From positions 1 through 55,906 of IMG/VR virus record IMGVR_UViG_3300033067_001303: a stretch of DNA of 55,906 nucleotides. One strand, 5' to 3'. The notes beneath the pieces were generated by a model. It was given only the letters and a program-made list of their open reading frames with translations. It did no database searches and was not told where the DNA came from. Both the position numbers and the translations under genes were made by a program. This DNA is from a virus. Taxonomy: Duplodnaviria; Caudoviricetes. Positions 32,898 to 42,473 of this stretch are shown one piece after another (within the stretch, counting starts at the first letter, position 1; the number at the start of each line of letters is the position of its first letter).

Positions 32898-33462
32898 GAT
32901 TTCTAAGTTTTAAATTATTCATAATCTTTTCTATTTTTAAAATAAATTCATTTTGTTTTAAATCCATTTTCATTTTATTACAAGTTGTACAACATGATAC
33001 ACAATTTTCTATAGAATATCCTAAATCACTATCAATTCTATCTATACCATTAATTAATATAATTTCTGAATTAAGATACTTTCTATTTTTAAACCTAAGA
33101 GAAGGTTTAGGTTCGTCTCCACAATAATAACAATTTTGATATATTAATGTTTTAAATTGTTCTAGTGATAAATTATTAGAAATGTTCTTTTTAGAATCTT
33201 TACATCTTATAATAATATTATGGTTGTATAATTGTTCAACTTGTGTTACAATTCTTTCTTTGTTAAATTCTCTATTTTGAAAAGAACAATTTTTGCAAGA
33301 TTTTGTACTATTGTCTTTAAGTTTTGATAAAACTACCTTTTTTAATATTTTACCACAATCACATTTACAATCTACCACTTTTCTAGTAGTGTAACCAGAT
33401 TTAATTGAATATGGTTCTGAAATTAATGTTAAATTATTATATTTTATTTTTAAATCTATCAT
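32893..33462 (-). CDS. Free-standing HNH-type homing endonuclease
   Basis: CKCDCG, CYYCG, GIDRIDSDLGYSIENCVSCCTTCNKMK; ATG at 33462 lies downstream of its promoter. Confidence 0.85.
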   Translation of the reverse strand: MIDLKIKYNNLTLISEPYSIKSGYTTRKVVDCKCDCGKILKKVVLSKLKDNSTKSCKNCSFQNREFNKERIVTQVEQLYNHNIIIRCKDSKKNISNNLSLEQFKTLIYQNCYYCGDEPKPSLRFKNRKYLNSEIILINGIDRIDSDLGYSIENCVSCCTTCNKMKMDLKQNEFILKIEKIMNNLKLRNH

Positions 33463-33486
33463 AATTTTGTATATATTTTGTATATA

Positions 33487-33518
33487 CAAATATACAAAAT
33501 AAAATCGACAATTCCTAA
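33487..33518 (-). promoter_or_regulatory. Promoter TTAGGAAT-N16-TATATTTG of HNH gene
   Basis: One of four near-identical elements upstream of endonuclease genes. Confidence 0.75.
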
Positions 33519-33564
33519 CATTTTAACAATTATTTTAAAAAAAATATATCTAACAACACTCATT

Positions 33565-34425
33565 TTAAAATATATATCTTATTATATTCCAAGGTATAAT
33601 TGTATTATGTAATTGTTTAAATTCTTCAATATATTTTTCTTTTAATTGAAATTTATATCTTAAATTTTTACCACCATATGTAGAAATTTTACTTTCTTGT
33701 ATTTCTGGTTTCCATAACAATTCTTCACCTTGTAAATCATTTTTTAAATTTGTTAAATGTTTTTGTTCATTATGTGTTAAAAATATAACTTCACATTTAA
33801 CATCTTTTTTATATTCATCTTTTACATTGTTGTTAATTAAATTAAATAATTCTTCATAATGTAATAACCAATCTTTATTTACAATTACAGGACTAAAGTT
33901 AATATGTACATCGTAACCTGATTCAATAAATGTATTAATTGCTTTAATTCTATCAATTGTTAAAGGTGTGTTAGGTTCTAATAATGTAGAATAAATTTGA
34001 GGCATTAAACTAAATCTTATTCTAATTTTTTTATTAGGATTATAACTTAATAATTCATTAGGAATAATTTTAGTTGCAATAGTACCTTTAGCAATAGGAT
34101 GTTCTTTAAAAAAATTAAATATTTCTTTCCAGTTATGATATTTTAAATGTAATGCAAAATCTTCATTACATGCAAAATCATATGTTATAAACTGTTCATC
34201 TGTTTGATTAGGTTTTTCAATAGTATCAAAATAAGCATGATTATTAATAGCTGTTAATATATCATTGTAGTTATTAGAAATTGATAAACCTTTTTCTAAA
34301 TGTCTTTTCATATAACAATATGAACAATTTAATAAACAACCATATCCAAAAGAAGGAGTAATATAATCACTACTCCTTCCTGAATATCTTATCAACATTG
34401 ATTTTCTATCAATAAAATTAATCAT
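33565..34425 (-). CDS. Spore photoproduct lyase family radical SAM protein
   Basis: GCLLNCSYCYM (CxxxCxxC), RIRFSL, RIKAINxFIExGYDVHINFSPVI, LRY. Confidence 0.82.
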   Translation of the reverse strand: MINFIDRKSMLIRYSGRSSDYITPSFGYGCLLNCSYCYMKRHLEKGLSISNNYNDILTAINNHAYFDTIEKPNQTDEQFITYDFACNEDFALHLKYHNWKEIFNFFKEHPIAKGTIATKIIPNELLSYNPNKKIRIRFSLMPQIYSTLLEPNTPLTIDRIKAINTFIESGYDVHINFSPVIVNKDWLLHYEELFNLINNNVKDEYKKDVKCEVIFLTHNEQKHLTNLKNDLQGEELLWKPEIQESKISTYGGKNLRYKFQLKEKYIEEFKQLHNTIIPWNIIRYIF

Positions 34426-34798
34426 TTTTATTAATTACACCTAATATATGATTGTTAATATAACTTTGAGGTTTATCTTCATTTTCTATTTTATCAATTA
34501 TTGAAGCCATTTTAATAATAAGATAAATTACATTATCTCCAAATTTTTCATCAATTGTAGAGATTTTAGGTAAAATACCTTTTTCTAAATCATTAGTAAT
34601 ATCTGCAATAGATATTTCATGTTTTAAAAGAAATCCATCTAATACTTTTTCACGTATTAAACCACTTTTTTTACTTCCTTCATCAAAGTTATGAAATACA
34701 TTACCATTACGTCTATATTCTTTACCTTTAACAATTAAAGTTTCTCTAACACTATTTAAAAATATATCTACTACTTCATCAAATCTATCTTCTGTCAT
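34418..34798 (-). CDS. Hypothetical protein, possibly all-alpha nucleotide-modification-associated (DUF1599-like) domain
   Basis: KGKEY...FHNF...K...D..NY-like pattern; adjacent to MazG-like gene. Confidence 0.45.
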   Translation of the reverse strand: MTEDRFDEVVDIFLNSVRETLIVKGKEYRRNGNVFHNFDEGSKKSGLIREKVLDGFLLKHEISIADITNDLEKGILPKISTIDEKFGDNVIYLIIKMASIIDKIENEDKPQSYINNHILGVINKND

Positions 34799-35088
34799 TA
34801 TATTCCTCCTTTATATTTATCTTCTTTAATATAAGATCTAAATTTATCTAATTTAAATTTAATTCTTTCTTTAACTTTTTTTCTATTAAAGAAATGTTGA
34901 ATTACTTTTAGTCGTATTTTAACATCTCCTATTTCATCAATTACTTCTTGTTCATCTACTTTTTCTTTTTTAAGAGCCATTTGTGTAAGAACAAGTGATA
35001 ATTCTTGAAGTTCTTCTGCCGTTTTTAAAAGATTATATTTATAATCATTATTTTTAACAAGATATTTTATTAATTTTTTATCCTTCAT
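34798..35088 (-). CDS. MazG-like NTP pyrophosphohydrolase
   Basis: KTAEELQEL...IDEIGDV. Confidence 0.75.
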   Translation of the reverse strand: MKDKKLIKYLVKNNDYKYNLLKTAEELQELSLVLTQMALKKEKVDEQEVIDEIGDVKIRLKVIQHFFNRKKVKERIKFKLDKFRSYIKEDKYKGGI

Positions 35089-35815
35089 TTAATTGTGATT
35101 TAATTAAGTCGTGTTTTAAAAATCCATCAATACCAAAATTATGAATTTCTCCTGTAGTAGTAATACTTAATTCATCATACATTATTGTATCATATTTAAC
35201 TTGAGGATTATTGTAAAACAGTACACAATTTTTAACATAATAATTATCACAACTAATAAAAGTTTTATGTGTTTTTAAAATCTCTTCAAAGTTATCATCT
35301 GTAAAATCAGGTACATTAAAATAACATCTAATAATTAATGTATATACACTAATTAAAGCTGTAGTTTTAGTCCAATAAATAGGAGCTTTTAATATTAAAG
35401 TGTCTTCATCTAAAATAATAGAAGTTCTACTTTTTAAATTTAACTTTTCTTCAAACTTATTTAAAAGTTTTTCTAAGTTTTTATAATTAAAACTTAAAAG
35501 TTTTAACGCTTCTTCTTTACCTAACCAAACATCACCACTTCTATAATTTAATGTATTTACACCAATATAAAATAATCGTTTATTATCAAAACAATTTTTT
35601 AATTTATGATTATAACCATGAATAGAACCAATTTCTTTTTTAGTATGTTCTACGTAACTAAAATCATTTAAATAATCTCTACATGCTGTAAAAGCATTTT
35701 CTGTTTCAAATTTAGTTTTAGTTTTATTTACAGGTTTTAAAATTGCAAATCCTAAACCAAAATTTCTACCTTCAATTAAAGCAGAACGTTTATATTTTTC
35801 TTCAATTTTTTTCAT
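35078..35815 (-). CDS. Hypothetical protein
   Basis: 245 aa ORF overlapping neighbours; FTACRDYLND motif. Confidence 0.65.
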   Translation of the reverse strand: MKKIEEKYKRSALIEGRNFGLGFAILKPVNKTKTKFETENAFTACRDYLNDFSYVEHTKKEIGSIHGYNHKLKNCFDNKRLFYIGVNTLNYRSGDVWLGKEEALKLLSFNYKNLEKLLNKFEEKLNLKSRTSIILDEDTLILKAPIYWTKTTALISVYTLIIRCYFNVPDFTDDNFEEILKTHKTFISCDNYYVKNCVLFYNNPQVKYDTIMYDELSITTTGEIHNFGIDGFLKHDLIKSQLNEG

Positions 35816-36025
35816 TTATTTAATATTTTCTAAAGGATAAACATAACTTAAACTTCCATCAACTTCTTCTTCTGCTGCTAATAAAGCTTCTTCTACATGA
35901 AGTTTAGCAAATTCAATTAACATTTTAGAAACTTCTTTTTCGTCAATACCTTGATAACCACCTTCATCATAATATTCTATTAAATACTTTTTTTGAAATC
36001 CTTCTGCTGTTGGTATTTTACTCAT
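35816..36025 (-). CDS. Hypothetical protein
   Basis: 69 aa, tightly packed in operon. Confidence 0.6.
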   Translation of the reverse strand: MSKIPTAEGFQKKYLIEYYDEGGYQGIDEKEVSKMLIEFAKLHVEEALLAAEEEVDGSLSYVYPLENIK

Positions 36026-37220
36026 TTTCTTTATATTTTTTAATACAATCGTTAATATTATTACAATTAATTATTGTAAAATCATTCATATTTTCCATCA
36101 TTTTTTGAAACCACACTTCTTCCTGTGTTCCTGTAGTTAATATGATAAATACATTACCTATTTTATCACCATTTTGACGAAGTCTTCCAACTCTTTGTAT
36201 AATGTCTTTTTCAACACCATAATATGAATGTATAATACAATTATCAATTTTATCTAAGTTAGCACCTTGTTTTAATTTTTTAAATGAAGCTATTATATCA
36301 ATTTTGTCATTATCAAAATTGTATCTTATAAAATCATTTTTCTTTTCATCATTTTTAGATGATACTACATTTGGTGTAATTTTTAATAACGCATCTAAAC
36401 TATTACCAAAAATAATAGTTTTACCATTAATTGTATTTATTAATTGTTTAATAATATTTACTTTTGATGGTAAATTAAACAATAAATTACTTCTTTTGTG
36501 TGAAGTAATTCTAATTTTTAATGCTTTTATTTCTTGGTCTTCAATAAACCAAGAACGTTTATGTTCTTTATCCCAATAATCATAAGAAGCTTTTTCTGTT
36601 TGTAAAAATGACTTTTTTAAACTACCAGCTTTAACAGTTTTTTCAATCTCTTCTAATTGATGATTAATTACATAAATATTTAACTTACGAGATACTCCTG
36701 CTAATTGGCTATCATTTATTGTGTACTTAAATATAACAGGTGCAATCTTATCTAAAAGTTCTCCTTTAGTAAATATTTGACCATTTTCTTCATATTTAGT
36801 TTTTCTATCAACAGTTGCAGATAAACCTAATAACGCTTCGTAATTATTGTTAAAATAAAATTCAGAATACTTTGGACTTAAACTATCGTGAATTTCATCT
36901 GCAATTACTAAACCTAACTTTTTATCTTTCCATTTATAAACTGTTTGATAACAATAAAACTTTAAATTGTAATCATTTGTAACATCTCTGTTAAATATCT
37001 GATTATATTTTTTAATATCTTTTAAAAGATCTTTTTTACGTTCTGTTGTTTCTGCTAAAAATACATGTGTAAGATTATTCTTATCCATTGTATAAAGTGC
37101 ATGTAAAGCAAGTATAGTTTTACCAACACCAGTTGCCAATTCGGCAGTACCTTTTTTGTCATTTTCTAACCATTTAACTAATGCTTCTTGTTGTATCTTA
37201 TCTTTAAGTTCATTTAACAT
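36018..37220 (-). CDS. Superfamily 2 (DExH) helicase
   Basis: ATGVGKT, DEIH, LSAT, QRVGR. Confidence 0.9.
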   Translation of the reverse strand: MLNELKDKIQQEALVKWLENDKKGTAELATGVGKTILALHALYTMDKNNLTHVFLAETTERKKDLLKDIKKYNQIFNRDVTNDYNLKFYCYQTVYKWKDKKLGLVIADEIHDSLSPKYSEFYFNNNYEALLGLSATVDRKTKYEENGQIFTKGELLDKIAPVIFKYTINDSQLAGVSRKLNIYVINHQLEEIEKTVKAGSLKKSFLQTEKASYDYWDKEHKRSWFIEDQEIKALKIRITSHKRSNLLFNLPSKVNIIKQLINTINGKTIIFGNSLDALLKITPNVVSSKNDEKKNDFIRYNFDNDKIDIIASFKKLKQGANLDKIDNCIIHSYYGVEKDIIQRVGRLRQNGDKIGNVFIILTTGTQEEVWFQKMMENMNDFTIINCNNINDCIKKYKENE

Positions 37221-37245
37221 TTATCTTTCTTCATTGTTAAAAATA

Positions 37246-37352
37246 AACCTCTCTTACAGCTTCACTAGCATATTATCTCTTTGTTTCCTCAAGAATTAAT
37301 AGGGTTTACAACTCCCCTGCTTTCGGGTCTTTCAAGGGTACTGAGAGAGGTT
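37246..37352 (-). ncRNA. Putative structured RNA of unknown class
   Basis: GC-enriched island closed by AACCTCTCT/AGAGAGGTT plus CAGT/GCTG, with two internal hairpins. Confidence 0.5.
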
Positions 37353-37444
37353 AATTAGCTTACTATTACCCTTTTTTTCAGCTTATTTTAAGTTGTTATA
37401 TATAAACTATATATCCAACATTGTATTCCTAAATAACTATACAT

Positions 37445-37813
37445 TTAACCGTGTTCCATATCAACATGATCTTCAAATATAAAAACATGATATAATGGAT
37501 ATGGTTTTTGAATAAAATCGATTCCATCATTTTTACCATCATCTTCAATCTCAATCATTTCATTTAATATAAAATCATTTTTATCTCTAATATATTCTTT
37601 TGGAAATAAATCTCCAAAAACACCACAAAAATGATCATATCTTTCACAATAATCTTTTTTACAATCTAAATATAAATTTAATATTCTAAAATATTCATTT
37701 CTGTCTGTAGTAATGATATAATCATTATGTTTAGATTTAAAATAAATATCATTTCCTATAATACCTATAATTTTATCTTCATGCGGATTTAAACTAATAT
37801 TTCCTTCTTTCAT
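37445..37813 (-). CDS. Hypothetical protein
   Basis: 122 aa; TAATG coupling to upstream HNH gene. Confidence 0.6.
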   Translation of the reverse strand: MKEGNISLNPHEDKIIGIIGNDIYFKSKHNDYIITTDRNEYFRILNLYLDCKKDYCERYDHFCGVFGDLFPKEYIRDKNDFILNEMIEIEDDGKNDGIDFIQKPYPLYHVFIFEDHVDMEHG

Positions 37814-38319
37814 TATTTATTATGTATTTCTTTTAAAATAGGACTTAATTTCATAAAATTTTCATATGAATATATATCAGATTTTATTCTATTACAATTC
37901 CAACAACAAGGTACTACATTTTCAAACGTATAACCCAAACTATTATCTTTTCTATCTAATTGATAAGCTCTTGAAACATAATTTGAATTCTCATCTCGTG
38001 TATAAGGATTAAAAATTAAAGTTTTATCACAATAGTGACATTTTGAATCTTTTATAATTTCTATAAATTCATCATAGTTAATTGTAACTTCATTTTTATT
38101 TCGTTTATTACAAGTGTGAATTAGTTCATTTAATATATGTTCATAAGGTCTTTTCTTTTGTGTACATTTTCTACATTTACCAGAATGTGTTTTTAATTGT
38201 GATTGTTGACTTTTTATATCATTACCACAATCAATACATTCAAAAGTAAATGTTTTATATGTACTACCTGATTTAGATTTTTTAATATCTATAGATTTTG
38301 CATTATTTATATCTAACAT
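37813..38319 (-). CDS. Free-standing HNH-type homing endonuclease
   Basis: CIDCG, CHYCD, LDRKDNSLGYTFENVVPCCWNCNRIK; ATG at 38319. Confidence 0.85.
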   Translation of the reverse strand: MLDINNAKSIDIKKSKSGSTYKTFTFECIDCGNDIKSQQSQLKTHSGKCRKCTQKKRPYEHILNELIHTCNKRNKNEVTINYDEFIEIIKDSKCHYCDKTLIFNPYTRDENSNYVSRAYQLDRKDNSLGYTFENVVPCCWNCNRIKSDIYSYENFMKLSPILKEIHNK

Positions 38320-38348
38320 AATTTTATATATTTTATATATTTTATATA

Positions 38349-38380
38349 CAAACATACGAAAAATTTATGAGAATTCCTAA
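38349..38380 (-). promoter_or_regulatory. Promoter TTAGGAAT-N16-TATGTTTG of HNH gene
   Basis: Matches the shared consensus. Confidence 0.75.
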
Positions 38381-38387
38381 TATTTTA

Positions 38388-40625
38388 TTAAAAATTTAAC
38401 TCACATGCACCACCCGCACAACTTTGTGCACCTGTAGTATCAATTTCAGTATATGTAGGTTTAATGTTAGCATTAATCCAATCTACAGGTTTTAAAGTTT
38501 TATTAACTTTATTCCATTTATGTAATAAATAAACATCTTTTAATAAATAAGATGTTTGTTTAAAATCATTTTTTAAATAATTATTTGCAAACTTTTTAAA
38601 TCTTCTAACCCAATCTTTTTTTAATACAGTATTTGAATTTTCTTCAAAAGCAATATTAAATAGTACTGAATCACAAGCTTGCCATAAGTTATTATTAAAT
38701 GCATGTAAACCATCAACAATTAATCCACTTGCAAATAATGCTCCTTCACCATATTTTTCAATTATTTGTTCAATTGTTAAAACAGATGTAAATGGTGCTT
38801 GATTGTAGTCTTTATCACCACTATTAGATAATAATGAAATTCCTGCAAAATAATGTCGATTTTCATAAATGTAATCTTTTACTTTTTCCCAATCATCAAC
38901 ATTTATAGTATTTGAAACATTATGTCTTGTTTCTGGGCAAATACATAATTCTTTATTTGTACTAGCTTCAACCCAATGTTTTTGTACTAATTTAATTTTT
39001 TCTAATAATTTAACACCTAATAAATCATCTTTAAATAATGAATCAGATTTTACTTCTATTGGAAAACTAGCAACCCAATCAGTTTGATTACTTGACCAAG
39101 CTGATTCTTCAAACATATCAGGATTACTTTCTTTTATAAATTTAGGAATATCTTCATCTTTATTTACTTGAACATTTCTAAAATGTTTTTCAGAATGTTC
39201 ACCGTGAATACCTGATGCTGTTTTTAATAAAACAGAAGCATTTCCAGAAGGTTTAGTACAACCAATTCTAGCAGCTTGATTTATTTCTAAAATTTCAGCA
39301 ATTTTTTTATTAGTATCTTTTAAAATTTGAGCACCTTTTTCAAGTATTTCAGGATTAAACAATATTTCAGGATTGTTTGTAAAACCTGTAATAGAACAAC
39401 CTAATAAAGACTCTCTTTCAAATATAATTTTTGCTGGACTTGTTTTATCAACATAAGGAAAATCTGTATAACCTGCTTGTAGTGTACCCATAATAGCAGA
39501 AGCTTCACACATTCTGTAAAACTTTTCTTTAGTATCACACATACCACCATTACCTTCGGTTAAATTACAACCTTGCCATCCAGATATACCTTCAATTTGA
39601 GGATACTTACCTATTTCAACACACGGATTAAATGTAATATCATAATTATCTGTCCAAATAAAACCAGGTTCACCCCAATCTTTTACAGATTGAAATATTT
39701 TATCAAATTCTTCTTTTGATACTTCATTTCTTAATAATAATACACTATTATTACTACGAGCTCTTTGAGGATTTTTTTCAAACCATTCTCCAGTTTTAGC
39801 ATTTAGTAATAAATTATCATCTTTATGAAACAAACAAATTGAAGCAGATCTTCTAACACCTCCACTAAGAACTGCGTCTGACATATGCATAATAATATCG
39901 TATACATCAATTGTTCTAAGTGTTTTATTTTCTAATCTTAATTCAATAAGTTCTTGAATTTTTAAGATTGAATTTCTCAATCCGTCAGGTCCAGGTGCTT
40001 TAAATCCTCCTGAAATTAAAGAACCTTTTTTTCTAATTAAACTATAATCAAAATCTACACGAAAACCTTGATATTCTGGAAAAGTAACTTTATATTCTTC
40101 AGATAAATATGAAGATATTAATACACCAATTGCATCACTCCAACCTTCAATGTCATCTTGAATTACAAATGTTTTAACACCTTTTGCTTGATGTTTTATA
40201 TTTTTATAATTATCAACATCTTTTTGAAATATTCTAAATCCAATACCACAACCTGATAATAACCAATACATTGCTTCTTGAAAAAATGCAGGTCTGTCAG
40301 CATAAGAACTTAAACAATTGTACATTTTAGAGTTATGTTTTAGAATACCTTGATTTTCATCAGCAAATCCAAATTGTAATGCTCTTTGAGAACCTAATAA
40401 TAATTTTTCATTATATGCTTGTTGTACAAAATTTAAATACGGAGATAATTCTTGTAATTTATCTTTATATTTAATTTTATGCATATTCATTACTCTATCT
40501 ACAGATTCTTCCCAAGTTTCATATCTTTGTTTATTTTCTGAATATTTTGAATAATTACCTGAATAAAATTTAAATTCTGATAATAATTCTTTCCCGTTTA
40601 ATTTTTCTTCTTTATCTAACTGCAT
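38388..40625 (-). CDS. nrdJ: Ribonucleotide reductase, class II (adenosylcobalamin, RTPR-like)
   Basis: ETWEE, YNC, GGVRRSA, NPCVEI, CNLTE, KPSGN, C-terminal CAGGAC; no beta-subunit gene adjacent; start uncertain (40625-40655). Confidence 0.82.
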   Translation of the reverse strand: MQLDKEEKLNGKELLSEFKFYSGNYSKYSENKQRYETWEESVDRVMNMHKIKYKDKLQELSPYLNFVQQAYNEKLLLGSQRALQFGFADENQGILKHNSKMYNCLSSYADRPAFFQEAMYWLLSGCGIGFRIFQKDVDNYKNIKHQAKGVKTFVIQDDIEGWSDAIGVLISSYLSEEYKVTFPEYQGFRVDFDYSLIRKKGSLISGGFKAPGPDGLRNSILKIQELIELRLENKTLRTIDVYDIIMHMSDAVLSGGVRRSASICLFHKDDNLLLNAKTGEWFEKNPQRARSNNSVLLLRNEVSKEEFDKIFQSVKDWGEPGFIWTDNYDITFNPCVEIGKYPQIEGISGWQGCNLTEGNGGMCDTKEKFYRMCEASAIMGTLQAGYTDFPYVDKTSPAKIIFERESLLGCSITGFTNNPEILFNPEILEKGAQILKDTNKKIAEILEINQAARIGCTKPSGNASVLLKTASGIHGEHSEKHFRNVQVNKDEDIPKFIKESNPDMFEESAWSSNQTDWVASFPIEVKSDSLFKDDLLGVKLLEKIKLVQKHWVEASTNKELCICPETRHNVSNTINVDDWEKVKDYIYENRHYFAGISLLSNSGDKDYNQAPFTSVLTIEQIIEKYGEGALFASGLIVDGLHAFNNNLWQACDSVLFNIAFEENSNTVLKKDWVRRFKKFANNYLKNDFKQTSYLLKDVYLLHKWNKVNKTLKPVDWINANIKPTYTEIDTTGAQSCAGGACELNF

Positions 40626-40672
40626 ATATAATATTTCTTTTATCATTTGTAGCAATGCTACTCTTTTTCATT

Positions 40673-41215
40673 TTATTTATAATCATTTAAATTAATAGTT
40701 TCACTATTAATATCTACAAAACTACCAAGTTCTGCGTTATCGTCAAGTTTTACGTTTAAATTTTTTTCAATTTCATCTTTTAATTTTTTATCTTTATAAA
40801 GTATTTGTTTGATTTTTACAACAAAACTAGCCCCTCCTATTTGTTTACCTTTAATCTTTGTCCAAAAACTTAAAATCTGTTTTTTAGCATCTTCTAAAAA
40901 TGTAGAATAATTACTTTCACTAAAAGAATAATATTCATGTGAATATTCTTTAGGAAATTTATAAATATATATAACTTTATCTTTAAAGTCAATACTTTTA
41001 ACAAATAAATCATTATTTGTCATTCTATATTCATAAGATGTAAATTCAGGATTTTTAAATGAAAAGTTCTGTACTATGAAAAAACAATCTTTGTATTCAT
41101 TTTCAGAATCAAACATATATGTATTTTCTATAAGGCCATAAAACTTTTCTTCAATTCCAACTAATGGAGCAATTAAAGGTAGTAAATAAGTTCTACTTTT
41201 ATTTGATTTAATCAT
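40673..41215 (-). CDS. Hypothetical protein
   Basis: 180 aa ORF in operon. Confidence 0.65.
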   Translation of the reverse strand: MIKSNKSRTYLLPLIAPLVGIEEKFYGLIENTYMFDSENEYKDCFFIVQNFSFKNPEFTSYEYRMTNNDLFVKSIDFKDKVIYIYKFPKEYSHEYYSFSESNYSTFLEDAKKQILSFWTKIKGKQIGGASFVVKIKQILYKDKKLKDEIEKNLNVKLDDNAELGSFVDINSETINLNDYK

Positions 41216-42230
41216 TTACTTTTATAAAATCATCGTTTAAATTAAGATTTCCTTTTTTTTCGTAAATTTCTTTACTATAATTATATTTTTTGTTTTTCCA
41301 ATGATAATAAATATTATCTAAATTTTCATCTAGTCCTTTATATTTATAACCACTAGTTGTTGTGAAACCATTTAAAGCACTTTTAATCCATTTATCTGTC
41401 ATTCTATATACTAAAGGATAACTTTCTGTTTTTCCTACATATATGAATTTAAAAGGCATTAAAACATAATCACTAAAATTATATTTTTCAGCTAAAATAT
41501 TAAAAGCTTTTTGATATATTAAAGCTTGAAAATAATAACGATATTTTATAAAACTTTCCATAAATTTATCATTCTTACCTTCACCTGTTTTAATATCTTC
41601 AAAATAAACACATTTATTTTTTCTATCAATAGTCATTTTATCAATAAATCCTTTAATGAGAAATCCTTTATAATAATATTGGAATTCTACTTGATAATGA
41701 TTTTCTAACTCATTGTAAAATAAATCTTTACTAAATTCATGTGTTAATAAAATATCAGCTGAATTTTCAGCCATTTTTAATTGTCCTGTGTTAACAATAA
41801 TTTTAGAGTTTCCTTCAAATTTAATTTTTAAATAATCCCAAAAACTCGGAATATCAAAATTAGCTATTTTAGTTTCTTCTTTATATTTACTCCAAAATGA
41901 ATTGTTATTAACAATATTTAAAACTTCTTCTTTTGTTGGAACTTCTGTATAATTATTTAAAATTATATCTACAAGTAATCCTAATGTTGCTGTTGGTTTT
42001 TCAATATTTAATAATACATAATTTTTATCAAAATCATTTGTAGATAATAATTTATCTAACATTAAAGTTTCTACTAACGAACCGTGTTTTACACCTTCAT
42101 TATCTACAAATGTTTGTCTTATTAATGATATTGGACCATTACGATCAAAATCAGAAATTTTACTATAACTTAATCTTAAATCAATTATTTCTTCATTGTC
42201 CAACAGATTGTTTAATTTGTTCTCCTTCAT
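41208..42230 (-). CDS. PD-(D/E)xK exonuclease (RecE/exonuclease VIII-like)
   Basis: LSYS, GSLV, KGFIDKM...DIKT, YYFQALIY. Confidence 0.8.
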   Translation of the reverse strand: MKENKLNNLLDNEEIIDLRLSYSKISDFDRNGPISLIRQTFVDNEGVKHGSLVETLMLDKLLSTNDFDKNYVLLNIEKPTATLGLLVDIILNNYTEVPTKEEVLNIVNNNSFWSKYKEETKIANFDIPSFWDYLKIKFEGNSKIIVNTGQLKMAENSADILLTHEFSKDLFYNELENHYQVEFQYYYKGFLIKGFIDKMTIDRKNKCVYFEDIKTGEGKNDKFMESFIKYRYYFQALIYQKAFNILAEKYNFSDYVLMPFKFIYVGKTESYPLVYRMTDKWIKSALNGFTTTSGYKYKGLDENLDNIYYHWKNKKYNYSKEIYEKKGNLNLNDDFIKVND

Positions 42231-42471
42231 CTTCTTCTACATACAAATTAAAAATCTCATCTTCAATTTGTTTAAGACCATAAAATTCTTCATATAATAC
42301 TGTTTTATCATATTCAGAACTTGATTCAATTTTTAATTCTAATTCATCAATTAAATCATTAATGTATAAACGAGCTCTGTTTAGTTCATTTTGATTTAAC
42401 AAATTAATTAATTTATTGTAATCTTTATTACTTAAACAAAACGAAGCTAAATCTTTAATTTTTTTATTCAT
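42193..42471 (-). CDS. Hypothetical protein
   Basis: 92 aa acidic helical ORF. Confidence 0.55.
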   Translation of the reverse strand: MNKKIKDLASFCLSNKDYNKLINLLNQNELNRARLYINDLIDELELKIESSSEYDKTVLYEEFYGLKQIEDEIFNLYVEEDEGEQIKQSVGQ

Positions 42472-42473
42472 CT

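Noticed and set aside
40612-40671. 19-codon ORF MKKSSIATNDKRNIIYAVR overlapping the nrdJ start
   Set aside because: Could be a coupling minigene, but no slippery site or other support is visible
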